64,000 nucleotides of DNA, taken from positions 1-64,000 of IMG/VR virus record IMGVR_UViG_3300025869_002060; one strand, given 5' to 3'. Numbering within the stretch: the first letter of the stretch is position 1; each line of letters opens with the position of its first letter. Below the pieces are notes generated by a model that did not search any database, was not told where the DNA came from, and was given only the letters and a program-made list of their open reading frames with translations. The position numbers and the translations under genes were made by a program. Of the stretch, positions 46,761-56,566 are shown piece after piece.

Positions 46761-47791
46761 TCACGTATGAAGATATACGTGAAATACATCTTGAACTAAC
46801 TACACTATGCAATGCAAAATGCCCACAATGTCCACGCAACTTTAATGGATTCACCTTTAACGACGGATATCCTGAAACTTATATGACGCTGGATCAAGCC
46901 AAGCATATATTTAATCCTACTTTTCTCAAGCAACTTACACAATTTACAATCAATGGTAACTATGGAGACATGGTAATGAATCCAGATTCTGTTGACATTG
47001 TTGAGTACCTTAGAGAAACAAACTCAGATGTAGAAATTATTATCAGTACCAATGGAGGTGCTAGAAACAAAGAGTTTTGGCAAAGACTTGCTAAAGCAAA
47101 TACAAAAGTATACTTTGATCTTGACGGTATTGATGAAGTACACAGTTTATACAGACAAAATACTCGATATCAAACAGTTATTAAGAATGCATTAACATAT
47201 ATTGGTGCAGGCGGCCATGCTATATGGAAATGTATTAAATTCAAACACAATGTACATCAAATTGAAGAAATGCGCCAATTGAGTGTTGATTTTGGTTTTA
47301 AAACATTTGAACTGATTGAGCATGGACGAGATACAGGTCCAGTGTTTAACGACAACAAAGAACTAACACACATACTAGGAGATTACAACGGTACAACAGA
47401 CTTTGAAACTATGTTTGTTGATGAACGTTCTGAATCTCGTACTGTAGATAATACAGCCTGGCGGTTTGATCCAACAGTTGACGATATTCAACTTGGGTGT
47501 GATACATTACAGAACAACAGGATTTATATTGCGGCCAATGGCGATGTTGCTCCTTGTTGTTATACTGGTTTCTTTCCAAATACATATGGTAAAAAAACAT
47601 ATATGGAACCATTAAATGCCCAGTTAACTGAGTTAATGTCAGAATATAATGCACTTGAACATGATATAGAAACATGTATCAAATGGTTTAATGGTTTTAC
47701 AGACCTATGGAAGAAGAAAAGTTATAAGGATGGGCGTTTATTGGTCTGTGATGAGAACTGTGGGAGCACCAATTGTTCTCAAAAACAATAA
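46757..47791 (+). CDS. radical SAM protein with SPASM/twitch-like tail
   Basis: CNAKCPQC, NGNYGD, STNGG, C...NGDVAPCC...CDENC. Confidence 0.88.
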   Translation: MITYEDIREIHLELTTLCNAKCPQCPRNFNGFTFNDGYPETYMTLDQAKHIFNPTFLKQLTQFTINGNYGDMVMNPDSVDIVEYLRETNSDVEIIISTNGGARNKEFWQRLAKANTKVYFDLDGIDEVHSLYRQNTRYQTVIKNALTYIGAGGHAIWKCIKFKHNVHQIEEMRQLSVDFGFKTFELIEHGRDTGPVFNDNKELTHILGDYNGTTDFETMFVDERSESRTVDNTAWRFDPTVDDIQLGCDTLQNNRIYIAANGDVAPCCYTGFFPNTYGKKTYMEPLNAQLTELMSEYNALEHDIETCIKWFNGFTDLWKKKSYKDGRLLVCDENCGSTNCSQKQ

Positions 47792-47851
47792 CAAAATAAT
47801 CTAAAGACAATAAATACAAACAACTACAACTATTTTAAATGAGGTATTCCC

Positions 47852-48103
47852 TTGCAAAAGAAAACACGTAGTATCTTGGATGAGCTGTCTGAAATTAGAT
47901 TAACGAAATCTGTAACAGACAAAGGCAATATTGTTGAGAGTAGAGGATTGAATGTAATTAATAGTTGCATCAATCTTATCAACAATATCCGTGAGAATTA
48001 TGACCCTGATGTCGCCCTAGATTTAGAGCGTCGCCTGTTGAATAGTATAAAAGCCCAAGATACCGCCAAGTTCAGCAGAGGAATAAAAAGGGCAAAAAAA
48101 TGA
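47852..48103 (+). CDS. hypothetical protein
   Basis: TTG start with GAGG SD after a TAAATA box. Confidence 0.65.
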   Translation: MQKKTRSILDELSEIRLTKSVTDKGNIVESRGLNVINSCINLINNIRENYDPDVALDLERRLLNSIKAQDTAKFSRGIKRAKK

Positions 48104-49074
48104 ATTTAGACCATATTCTAAATAAAGAACAGCTTGATGAAGAGCGAAGAAGATTAGATCCTAAATGTTGGAAAGGCTATAAAAAGCAAGGAACCAAAAT
48201 GAAAGGTGACACAAGAGTTAATAATTGTGTTCCGGAGTCAGTTACAACCGAATCTAAAAAAGACACACACTGTTCAGACAAGTGCTGTGGTGCAGACGTT
48301 AAAAGAGAAGACTGTAAATGTCCTGCAGATTGTCCACATTGCAACTGTAACGATCCTAAAGTTGCAGAAGGCAAAAGCCCACACAAAAAAGGTACTAAAA
48401 AGTACAAGAAGCATATGGCGGCAATGCATGCCGGAATGGGCGAATCAGTAAGTGAAGATGATACTGACTACCCACAAGTAGTAAATAGAAATATTGACCA
48501 AAAGAATGTTATGGACATTCTTCGCAAGTTTCCAGCAGAAACTAAAAAGATGCAAATGGATGGCGATGTATTTGCAATTTATGATACAGATTTATATATG
48601 GCCCTGTTTGATTACTTTTCAGAAGATATGCCATATGGTACACAAAAAGGTAGAGACGGGGATCCAGTAGAGTGGATCAATGACGAACTTGATAGCCTAG
48701 GACTACTAGACGAAATAGTTGAAAACAATGAACTTACGTTTGAAGATGATGACAAGTTCTTTGAAACATTTGGCGAACTAGGATATAGCATAGACGAAAA
48801 TGATTTATTTGAAGCAGAGTATCAAGGACGTAAAGTTAAACTTAACAAGCCTATGCAGGGTGATGTTAAGAAGTTTAAGGTATATGTAAAAGATCCTAAA
48901 ACAGGTAACGTAAAAAAGGTTAACTTTGGACATGGCGGAAGTAGTGTTAAAGGTAAAGCAATGAAGATTAGAAAGAATAATCCTAAAGCTCGTAAGAGTT
49001 TTCGTGCTAGACACAACTGTGACAATCCAGGACCGAAAACCAAGGCCAGATATTGGTCTTGTCGTAAATGGTAA
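48100..49074 (+). CDS. mosaic late protein of short Cys/His/Lys modules
   Basis: CWKGYKK...NCVP; HCSDKCCG...CPHCNC; C-terminal KVNFG...RKSFRARHNC...ARYWSC. Confidence 0.7.
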   Translation: MNLDHILNKEQLDEERRRLDPKCWKGYKKQGTKMKGDTRVNNCVPESVTTESKKDTHCSDKCCGADVKREDCKCPADCPHCNCNDPKVAEGKSPHKKGTKKYKKHMAAMHAGMGESVSEDDTDYPQVVNRNIDQKNVMDILRKFPAETKKMQMDGDVFAIYDTDLYMALFDYFSEDMPYGTQKGRDGDPVEWINDELDSLGLLDEIVENNELTFEDDDKFFETFGELGYSIDENDLFEAEYQGRKVKLNKPMQGDVKKFKVYVKDPKTGNVKKVNFGHGGSSVKGKAMKIRKNNPKARKSFRARHNCDNPGPKTKARYWSCRKW

Positions 49075-49095
49075 TATGAGAAGGCATGACAAGCA

Positions 49096-50208
49096 ATGAA
49101 AATAAATGAAATTATATTAAAAGAACAACAGCTTGATGAGTTAAACCCGTTGACACCATCAACTACTGCGGCTGGTATTACTAATATAGCACGTGGAGCA
49201 AAAGGTGCAGTTAGTGCATTAGTCAAAGGACAAAGCCCAACAGCCGGTGCAAAAGCAGGTGTTGCCAAAGGTGAAGCTGGTGCAATGATTAAAAAGTTAA
49301 GCGATCAAACATTTGCACGATGGAACGAAAAGATTCAAGCTAACGCAGACTTAAACACTGATACTGAGCTCGTTAAGTTTATTGCTCAATTCCGTAAACA
49401 CGCTAAAGATGATCCATGGCCAGGACCACAAAAAGGCACAGCCGCAAACGTTGGCAAGACTAGAGAATATATCAAGCAGATGGTTAGTATTGAATTAGCC
49501 GCTGGTGAGTTTGGCAAAAAAGAATTAGCTGGTGACGATGCAGGAGGTGCTACTCCTCCTGCACCCAAGGATAATCCAGCAGTGCTTGAACCAGGCGACA
49601 AAGGTACTAAAGAAGTTACCACTAAAGATCCAAAAGATATTCCAGTTGGAACACAATACACTATTAAACAAAGCGGCGGCGGCACAGCCACGTATAAGTG
49701 GGAAGGTCAACAGTGGACTAAACTTATGCCTTCGGGCAAGTTCCAAGGCGGACAAATCAAAAACGATCTAGCATTTAAATTGTACTTGTCAGCAGTTGAC
49801 CAAGGAACAGCATTAGCACCTGTTAGTGCTCAACCAGTTCCTGCACCAGCAGGATCAGAAAAGCCCGCGGCACCAGTTGATGCCAACAAAGACGGAAAAG
49901 ATGATGCAACTGGAGAGCCAATGCCAGCACCAGTTGATGCCAACAAAGACGGAAAAGATGATGCAACTGGAGAGCCAATGCCAGTTGATAAGGACGGCGA
50001 CGGTAAACCAGATCCAAATGATATCAATGCACAAGTTGATGCTAACAAAGACGGACTTGACGATAAAACTGGAGAGCCAATGAAAACTGACGGTGATGCT
50101 GAAGCAGGTGCCGCAGATCCTGCAGAAATAGATAGTATGAAAGCTGAAATTGGTAAAGCAAATAAATCAGCTCTACAAAAATTAAAGACAGCATTAGGAA
50201 TGAAGTAA
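49096..50208 (+). CDS. hypothetical (virion?) protein with DxNxDG repeats
   Basis: 370 aa; Pro/Ala linker; four Asp-rich loops. Confidence 0.75.
   Translation: MKINEIILKEQQLDELNPLTPSTTAAGITNIARGAKGAVSALVKGQSPTAGAKAGVAKGEAGAMIKKLSDQTFARWNEKIQANADLNTDTELVKFIAQFRKHAKDDPWPGPQKGTAANVGKTREYIKQMVSIELAAGEFGKKELAGDDAGGATPPAPKDNPAVLEPGDKGTKEVTTKDPKDIPVGTQYTIKQSGGGTATYKWEGQQWTKLMPSGKFQGGQIKNDLAFKLYLSAVDQGTALAPVSAQPVPAPAGSEKPAAPVDANKDGKDDATGEPMPAPVDANKDGKDDATGEPMPVDKDGDGKPDPNDINAQVDANKDGLDDKTGEPMKTDGDAEAGAADPAEIDSMKAEIGKANKSALQKLKTALGMK
49870..49983 (+). repeat. exact 57-nt tandem duplication (APVDANKDGKDDATGEPMP x2) plus degenerate copies to about 50085
   Basis: Units 49870-49926 and 49927-49983 are identical. 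Confidence 0.9.
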
Positions 50209-51983
50209 TGAAAATTGATCAGTTTAAATCGTTAGAACACAAAGTTCTCAAAGAAAATTATTTAAAGAAAAGTAATGCTCTACTAGAGAGTGTTTGTTTG
50301 GATCTAGATGCTGAACAAAGGCGTATTGTTGAAGGCATTTACAATGATGCCCGTCCACTTATTGAAGCCGCATTAACAGCAGATCAAATTACAGGATTGT
50401 TCCAAGCCGCTGAAAAAGCCGCTAACGATAGCGGAACAAACAGAACAGCATTAGGTAAAGGTAAAGATGTTATTGATGCTGGTAATAAAATGCTTAATGA
50501 TGCTGGTAAGTGGCTACAAGATACTGCACCAGTTAAAGCGTTTGATTCAAAATTTGAACAAATTAAAAGAGATTTAAAAACAAAATTAGGGCAAAGTGCC
50601 GCAGGTAAAAAGACTTTAGAAGCAGTACAAGGACTTGGCGACTATGCTAAAGCAAATCCTGCTAAAACAGCGTTTGCTATTGGTATTTTAACAGCGGTTG
50701 CCGCTGTAGCAACAGGACCAGTTGGTGGTGCTATTGCTGGACAAGTATTACGTGGTGCTAACGAACTTATTAAAGGTGAAAAACTTTCAACAGCAATTGG
50801 TAAAGGCGCGAAAGCGGCCGCACTTGGTTATCTTGCAGGCCAATCATTTAAGATGATCAGTGATGAAGTTATTGCTAACATTGAATCAGCAGGCTTAGCA
50901 GATATTGATGCATTAGAAGCATCAATGAATGATGCAAACTTTAAAGACGCAATGTCAGATGTTACTGCTGAATTTGGTAACGATACAGTTGACTCGCTTG
51001 TAAACGATGGTAGAATATATACAGGTTCGGGCAATATTAACGGTTTTAATTACAATTATAACGTCATAATGAATCCAGAAGAATTAGCTAAGTTTAACGA
51101 ATTTAAACAGGCAATTACTAGTTCAGGAAAATCGTTTAGTCCTGAATGGTACAAAGCCTCAGCAGAATACCATGACTTTATGACACAGTTGCAGAACAAT
51201 CCTGTACAGGGTGATAGACGAGCAATACTTGATGCAGTCCAAGCGGCAAGTGAAAACAAAGATAACTTTAGTATAGATCAACTTGAAGACATAATTGGAG
51301 AATTTGATAGTCTTGAAGACAGTGTTGGAGCTCTTAAAACCAAGGCTGAAGTAATGGGTCCAGTAATTCAAGCGGCGGTACAACAAGCTGACTCACTTAA
51401 AGCAACAGCAGATAGATCTTCGCCTCCTGGAGAGATTGAAGATCCAGTGCCTGAAGAAATGAGCGGTGCCAGCGATGAAGAAATTGACAAAGTTGCAGTA
51501 AGAGGAACTGAAAGTAAGTTCTTATCAGCACCAGCTTTAACTGAATCTCAGATACGTGTACTATTTCATCAAGTAGCATTCTTGTCTGAATCAGAACAAC
51601 TTGATGAAATTAGTCTTGGTGCTATTACTACTAAAGCAAAACAAATTGCCGCCAAAGGTATGCAAAAAGCCGCAGACGTCGGCAAGAATATGACTACTCG
51701 TGTTACTGCTCAGAAGTTGCAAAAAGCCTGGGAGAAAGCTGGTAAGCCAGAAGATTCTGCAGAGATAGCAAAAATATTAAGCAAGAACAAAGTATCACAA
51801 GAAGTTAGTACAAAAGCATTTACTGATGCAGGAATTGAAGTACCACCTATTCCAGAGCCAGAAGAAGACTCAAACATTGATGTTGATAAAATTATTGACT
51901 GGGTTAACAAGCAATCCAAAGAAATTAAAGCAGATATTATATCAGTTGTTAAGTCAGCAGATGAAAAGTTAGCAGGCGCCTAA
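50208..51983 (+). CDS. large Ala-rich helical protein with a central hydrophobic hairpin (virion/ejection protein?)
   Basis: 591 aa; AFAIGILTAVAAVATGPVGGAIAG segment. Confidence 0.7.
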   Translation: MKIDQFKSLEHKVLKENYLKKSNALLESVCLDLDAEQRRIVEGIYNDARPLIEAALTADQITGLFQAAEKAANDSGTNRTALGKGKDVIDAGNKMLNDAGKWLQDTAPVKAFDSKFEQIKRDLKTKLGQSAAGKKTLEAVQGLGDYAKANPAKTAFAIGILTAVAAVATGPVGGAIAGQVLRGANELIKGEKLSTAIGKGAKAAALGYLAGQSFKMISDEVIANIESAGLADIDALEASMNDANFKDAMSDVTAEFGNDTVDSLVNDGRIYTGSGNINGFNYNYNVIMNPEELAKFNEFKQAITSSGKSFSPEWYKASAEYHDFMTQLQNNPVQGDRRAILDAVQAASENKDNFSIDQLEDIIGEFDSLEDSVGALKTKAEVMGPVIQAAVQQADSLKATADRSSPPGEIEDPVPEEMSGASDEEIDKVAVRGTESKFLSAPALTESQIRVLFHQVAFLSESEQLDEISLGAITTKAKQIAAKGMQKAADVGKNMTTRVTAQKLQKAWEKAGKPEDSAEIAKILSKNKVSQEVSTKAFTDAGIEVPPIPEPEEDSNIDVDKIIDWVNKQSKEIKADIISVVKSADEKLAGA

Positions 51984-51984
51984 A

Positions 51985-52716
51985 ATGAAATTAAAAGAAG
52001 GCGGAAATATATTTAAAGATCCAACTACTAAAAAACCGTTTACTCAACGTATTAATCGTGCTGATGTTACACCCACTGTCCAGTGGTTAGAGAACTTAAC
52101 TGGTTTAAGCCTAGTAGACAACATGCTTGGAACAACAGGTAAAAAAGAAACATCAGGTGATTTAGATCTTGCTGTTGATGTAAGCAAAATTGATAAACAA
52201 ACACTTATTGATGTGTTACTGAAAAAAGGCGTTGATAAAGCAGATATTAAAAAGAGTGGCGACAGTGTTCATCACAAAACACCTATCAATGGTGATCCGG
52301 CTAATGGTTATGTTCAGACTGATTTTATGTTTGGTGATCCAAAATGGCAAAGTTTTAGTCTACAAGGCGGAGCCGAAGGCAGTGACTTTAAAGGACTACA
52401 CAGACACATATTGTTGGCTAGTATTGCTAAAGCACTAGGATACAAATGGAGTTACAAAAACGGACTTATTAATAGAGCCGATAACATGCCTGTAGAAGGT
52501 GGCAAATCTACCGCAGGAATTAGTAAACATTTAGGTATTCCAGCTGGTAAACTAAACAGTGTAGAAGATATAGTTGATGCTATTAAAGGTCGTCCTGATT
52601 ACAATATGCTGGTCGTTGATGCTCGTGAAGGATTTTCAAGAGATAATTTAACACTTCCTGAATCAGCTGAGTCGGCGCCAGTAGGAACACAGGCTTGGTT
52701 TAGGAAGTTTATGTAA
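51985..52716 (+). CDS. pol-beta-superfamily nucleotidyltransferase
   Basis: LGTTGKKETSGDLDLAVD (GS...DxD) and VQTDFM third-Asp motif. Confidence 0.75.
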   Translation: MKLKEGGNIFKDPTTKKPFTQRINRADVTPTVQWLENLTGLSLVDNMLGTTGKKETSGDLDLAVDVSKIDKQTLIDVLLKKGVDKADIKKSGDSVHHKTPINGDPANGYVQTDFMFGDPKWQSFSLQGGAEGSDFKGLHRHILLASIAKALGYKWSYKNGLINRADNMPVEGGKSTAGISKHLGIPAGKLNSVEDIVDAIKGRPDYNMLVVDAREGFSRDNLTLPESAESAPVGTQAWFRKFM

Positions 52717-53762
52717 TGGATTTATTTGAATTCTTAAATGAGGACGGTCCTCGTATTGCACATCCTGAAGATGCTATATTCCAAGGTTCAGCAAGAGCCG
52801 CCAATTACTTAGAAGCATTACTAGATGTAATTGAAGACCCAGGTAGTGTTAGTATTAAATGGGACGGCGGTGTTGCATTGTATTTTGGAAACAGAGAAGG
52901 CAAGTTTGTAATAACAGACAAGTATATGCCAGCTAAAGGTTTTTTTGCAACCAGCCCAGATGAATGGCGTCAGTATGATAAAGATAGAGGTGCTGACAGA
53001 GGAAACTTATATACACAAGTTGAAACAGTATGGCCAGGATTAAAAGCCGCAGTTGGAAGTACCGACGGATTATTTAAAAGTGATCTAATGTGGGTAGGAC
53101 AACTCAAACCAATTGAAGGTCGTTATGTATTTAAACCCACCACAGTAGAATATCGTGTTCCTGTTAACAGCAACATTGGTAAAGTTATTGCTGGACGAGT
53201 AGCAGGCGTAGCAGTACATAGTTTTAATGATGCACCATGGGACGGAAAATCCGGACTTGATCAAGGTGCAAGTGATGTGGCAATACTAAGTCCTACAGCA
53301 GGAATTCAATTCAGTTTAAAGAACCCAGTTAAACTAGTAGGAGCCGCTAAAAAGGCTGTACAAGGTGAAGGCAAACTAGCTGATGAGTTTTTACAAGGAA
53401 TGGCCAAAGTAGCTCAATCAGCATTGCAAAAGTTTATGAATCATCAAATTACAAAACAAACAAGTGATCCACTTGAGAAATGGCTTGAAACCAATGTAAG
53501 TGGAAAACAATTACATTTCCTAACCAATCCAGACGATGGATATCTACATGCTCATGAAGATGGACTTAAAGCACTATACAATATATGGAATAGTATATAC
53601 AGATTAAAAGCACATCTTGCATTACAATTAGAGCAACAAGTTAGCGGTTTTGAACAGTGGACCGGTGGAAAACAAGAAGGCGAAGGCTTTGTTTTTAACA
53701 GTAAACACGGTTTAGTTAAAATTGTTAACAGAGAAGGCTTTGGAGCCGCACATTTTAACTAA
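52716..53762 (+). CDS. KWDG-motif protein (ATP-dependent ligase/covalent nucleotidyltransferase-like)
   Basis: SIKWDGG, D, EGEGFV, VKIVNR in the order of ligase motifs I/III/IV/V. Confidence 0.5.
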   Translation: MDLFEFLNEDGPRIAHPEDAIFQGSARAANYLEALLDVIEDPGSVSIKWDGGVALYFGNREGKFVITDKYMPAKGFFATSPDEWRQYDKDRGADRGNLYTQVETVWPGLKAAVGSTDGLFKSDLMWVGQLKPIEGRYVFKPTTVEYRVPVNSNIGKVIAGRVAGVAVHSFNDAPWDGKSGLDQGASDVAILSPTAGIQFSLKNPVKLVGAAKKAVQGEGKLADEFLQGMAKVAQSALQKFMNHQITKQTSDPLEKWLETNVSGKQLHFLTNPDDGYLHAHEDGLKALYNIWNSIYRLKAHLALQLEQQVSGFEQWTGGKQEGEGFVFNSKHGLVKIVNREGFGAAHFN

Positions 53763-53847
53763 TATTATTATCGCTTTTTAATTAAAAAAGATAAATAAAT
53801 GCATAGTAGACCATGCAGGTTTACACCGCATTTTAAGGAGAAATCAA

Positions 53848-54183
53848 ATGCCAGCAGTAACAAGAGCAAATGGCCTAGGACATGCACATGAAACATTGTA
53901 TGCAACAGGTTCACATTCAGCATTCGTAATTGACGCAGGTGCATCACTAGCAACTGAAGGCGGAATTGGTGGAGCAATCGAAGCTCTAGCACAACACCTT
54001 GGTTCAGCTTGTGTACTTTTCGATTCAGAAGGTACAGCAGGAGCAGTTTCAGTAGTAATGGACGGTCATGCCGTTTCAGCCGCTGATCTACAAGTTAGCA
54101 TCCGTGCAATGGGAACAGTAAGTGGTTATGACTTCAGTGGCGCAACAGTCACCGAAGGTGGAGCAATTACAGTTGCCGCGTAA
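53848..54183 (+). CDS. small Ala/Gly-rich protein (candidate structural)
   Basis: Strong AAGGAG SD after a TAAATA box; followed by a terminator. Confidence 0.75.
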   Translation: MPAVTRANGLGHAHETLYATGSHSAFVIDAGASLATEGGIGGAIEALAQHLGSACVLFDSEGTAGAVSVVMDGHAVSAADLQVSIRAMGTVSGYDFSGATVTEGGAITVAA

Positions 54184-54206
54184 TTAATTTACGAAGCAAA
54201 CAATTT

Positions 54207-54236
54207 AAAAGGGCTACTTTTGGTAGCCCTTTTTTT
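54207..54236 (+). terminator. intrinsic terminator
   Basis: AAAAGGGCTAC-TTTTG-GTAGCCCTTTTTTT. Confidence 0.85.
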
Positions 54237-54253
54237 GTGACATAAGTACTAGC

Positions 54254-54706
54254 ATGGAACAGAGAATCTATAATTATTCGCTTATGACATTGGTTGATAT
54301 TACAAAAACAAACCAAGTACACAACAGTGAAAACAATGATGATCTAAAACGCAATCAACATAGAAACTATCAAACTATGTTGCAAACACTTGGTTTACGC
54401 ACACAACCTACAATCAAAGGTGATGTTAAAATGACCAATGGCGAATTCCCTCGACCTGATTTTGGTGAAAGCTATAACGGTATACACAATATATGGCAAG
54501 TAAACTTTAGTGTTGAACAACCAGAAGCATTCTCTGATATAGAACAAAATCCAATTGGTTTATTAGAAGAAGACTTTGATCAAGTACCAATTGTTAGTAT
54601 GCTAAACGAAACGGCTAGATTTATTTTACCTTGCTTCTTTAGTTATGGACCATTAAAGAACATACATTTCTATTATGAGTACTTTGATAGAGACTTACAC
54701 AACTAA
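54254..54706 (+). CDS. hypothetical protein
   Basis: TLVDIT...QHRNYQT..Q..GLR pattern. Confidence 0.7.
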   Translation: MEQRIYNYSLMTLVDITKTNQVHNSENNDDLKRNQHRNYQTMLQTLGLRTQPTIKGDVKMTNGEFPRPDFGESYNGIHNIWQVNFSVEQPEAFSDIEQNPIGLLEEDFDQVPIVSMLNETARFILPCFFSYGPLKNIHFYYEYFDRDLHN

Positions 54707-54761
54707 ACCAAAAACATATACTATTAAAATATTTGCACAAGCAGGTAAATAATAGTTACAA

Positions 54762-54791
54762 AGGCACACTTAGGCACACTTAGGCTCACTA
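54762..54791 (+). repeat. three 10-nt tandem repeats (AGGCACACTT)
   Basis: AGGCACACTT AGGCACACTT AGGCTCACTA, intergenic. Confidence 0.8.
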
Positions 54792-54840
54792 TATTAAACG
54801 GTAGTTAAAAGCTATATTTAGAAGAATTTAGGAGAGCCCA

Positions 54841-55110
54841 GTGCCTGCAACGTCTACATCCATTGAAAAAACAAACCTAGAAGCTCATGTTGAACTCTGT
54901 GCCGAGCGATATGACGCACTAGAAGACAAGTTAGACAATTTAGATAGACGTATTGAAAAAATCGACGATGGCGTCGAAGATATTAAAAAAGCCATAGCAA
55001 AGAATTCCATAGGTGCCCATAGCCAACTTATTAAGATTGGAACCGCACTATTTGCCGTACTACTCACAGCATGTATCGGCCTCACAGTAAATTTGATAAT
55101 GTCGAACTGA
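54841..55110 (+). CDS. coiled-coil protein with C-terminal TM
   Basis: LEAHVELCAERY; GTG start with AGGAG SD. Confidence 0.7.
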   Translation: MPATSTSIEKTNLEAHVELCAERYDALEDKLDNLDRRIEKIDDGVEDIKKAIAKNSIGAHSQLIKIGTALFAVLLTACIGLTVNLIMSN

Positions 55111-55114
55111 TATT

Positions 55115-55321
55115 ATGAAGATTGAAGAATTACTTAATCATATCACTGTCCCTGTCACTAACGAAGAGGCAGATGTATTAGCACAATTTAACGGTAGTGC
55201 TAAACGTAAACGCGACTTTAATGAACGCGAACAGGTTGTTGTAAACCAGTTAATCAACAAAGATATCTTAATGAGGCAAAACACAAATGGAATTATCGAG
55301 TATTCAAAAAAACGCAAATAG
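55115..55321 (+). CDS. hypothetical protein
   Basis: 68 aa. Confidence 0.6.
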   Translation: MKIEELLNHITVPVTNEEADVLAQFNGSAKRKRDFNEREQVVVNQLINKDILMRQNTNGIIEYSKKRK

Positions 55322-55829
55322 ATCCGAACTCTTTAAGCAGTTAGATATATTTGCTGAGTTAAATGCATCTAAAGTTGCGTTATGGCAGAAACAAGAAACT
55401 GATCGTCTTTTAGACGACCCGGATAATGTCTATATTATCCCTGTTAAGAATGGATTTAAAGTAGGAAGGTCAGCAGTATACGAAAAACCAATTGGTTGGG
55501 TAGTTACTTGCAAATCACAAAAGAAGAAGCCATTTGAATTCAACACCAAGAACCAAGCATTATTGTATGCTGTATTGACAGAAAAAGGATATGACAAAGA
55601 AGCAGACGAGTATAAACAAGCCTTTTTACAAGTACAAAAGCATGTCACTGATATACAGTTTTATAAACATAATATAAAGGCGGCATGTAATAAGAAAGAT
55701 TATTTTAAACAAGAAGCACTTGAAAATAGGCTAGATGATAGTATGTATAGACTGGAACTTGCTAAAAATAACTTCGAAAAATCAATTAAGTCGGCTAAAT
55801 ACATAAAACTTAGGGATAACGAAAAATGA
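55287..55829 (+). CDS. hypothetical protein
   Basis: 180 aa. Confidence 0.65.
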   Translation: MELSSIQKNANRSELFKQLDIFAELNASKVALWQKQETDRLLDDPDNVYIIPVKNGFKVGRSAVYEKPIGWVVTCKSQKKKPFEFNTKNQALLYAVLTEKGYDKEADEYKQAFLQVQKHVTDIQFYKHNIKAACNKKDYFKQEALENRLDDSMYRLELAKNNFEKSIKSAKYIKLRDNEK

Positions 55830-56566
55830 AAATATCAGAAATAGGTTTAACTACCTCAAAAGAAAAAGTTAATAAGGTAATTGAATCTCGCTTTGGAGCG
55901 AAGATCGATTATTCCTCTCTCACTGTTGAAAAAGCACAGTCTATTATAGAGGGGCTAACATCAAGTCTAGCTAAGTTTAATAACAGCCACAATACTCATG
56001 TCGCTCACAAGAATCCTAAGTATGTAGAATGCTTTATGATTAAAGAAGGTTTGACTGCTTGGTTAAAAGAACATCACCAAAAAGATGAAGACGGTAATGT
56101 TATTCCACACAAGGAAGAAAAAGTTGTTCTTGAAAGCGAAACAGCCCAAGCAGAAGCAGTTCTAGCTGGTAGAGATATGGTTGATTCAGTGCAAGACATG
56201 ATGGAAAAGATTGGCAGAATGCAAAACGAACAAATGCCAGCATTACTTGATTCAATACATGATCAGATAAGTGCAGAACAAGCAGAAGCATTTAAAACAG
56301 CAGTTGATCCAGTACTAGCAGGATTAGAAGAACAATTACGTACTGGGCGTGAAACGTTGGATGGTGCGGCTCGTTCATTGGCAGGTGAAGAAGTTGCAGG
56401 CGCAATGGATATGCCAGCCGAAGAACCAGCAGTTGATCCCGAAGCACCAGCTGAAGAACCAGCCGCTGATGCAGATGCAAGTGCAGAAGCCCCAGCAGAC
56501 GATTTTGAAGCAACTGATGCCGCCGCTGGCGGTGAAGAAGATGCCGGTAGAGAAGAAAGAGTCTAA
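55826..56566 (+). CDS. helical protein with acidic Pro/Ala tail (scaffold/core-like)
   Basis: 246 aa. Confidence 0.65.
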   Translation: MKISEIGLTTSKEKVNKVIESRFGAKIDYSSLTVEKAQSIIEGLTSSLAKFNNSHNTHVAHKNPKYVECFMIKEGLTAWLKEHHQKDEDGNVIPHKEEKVVLESETAQAEAVLAGRDMVDSVQDMMEKIGRMQNEQMPALLDSIHDQISAEQAEAFKTAVDPVLAGLEEQLRTGRETLDGAARSLAGEEVAGAMDMPAEEPAVDPEAPAEEPAADADASAEAPADDFEATDAAAGGEEDAGREERV

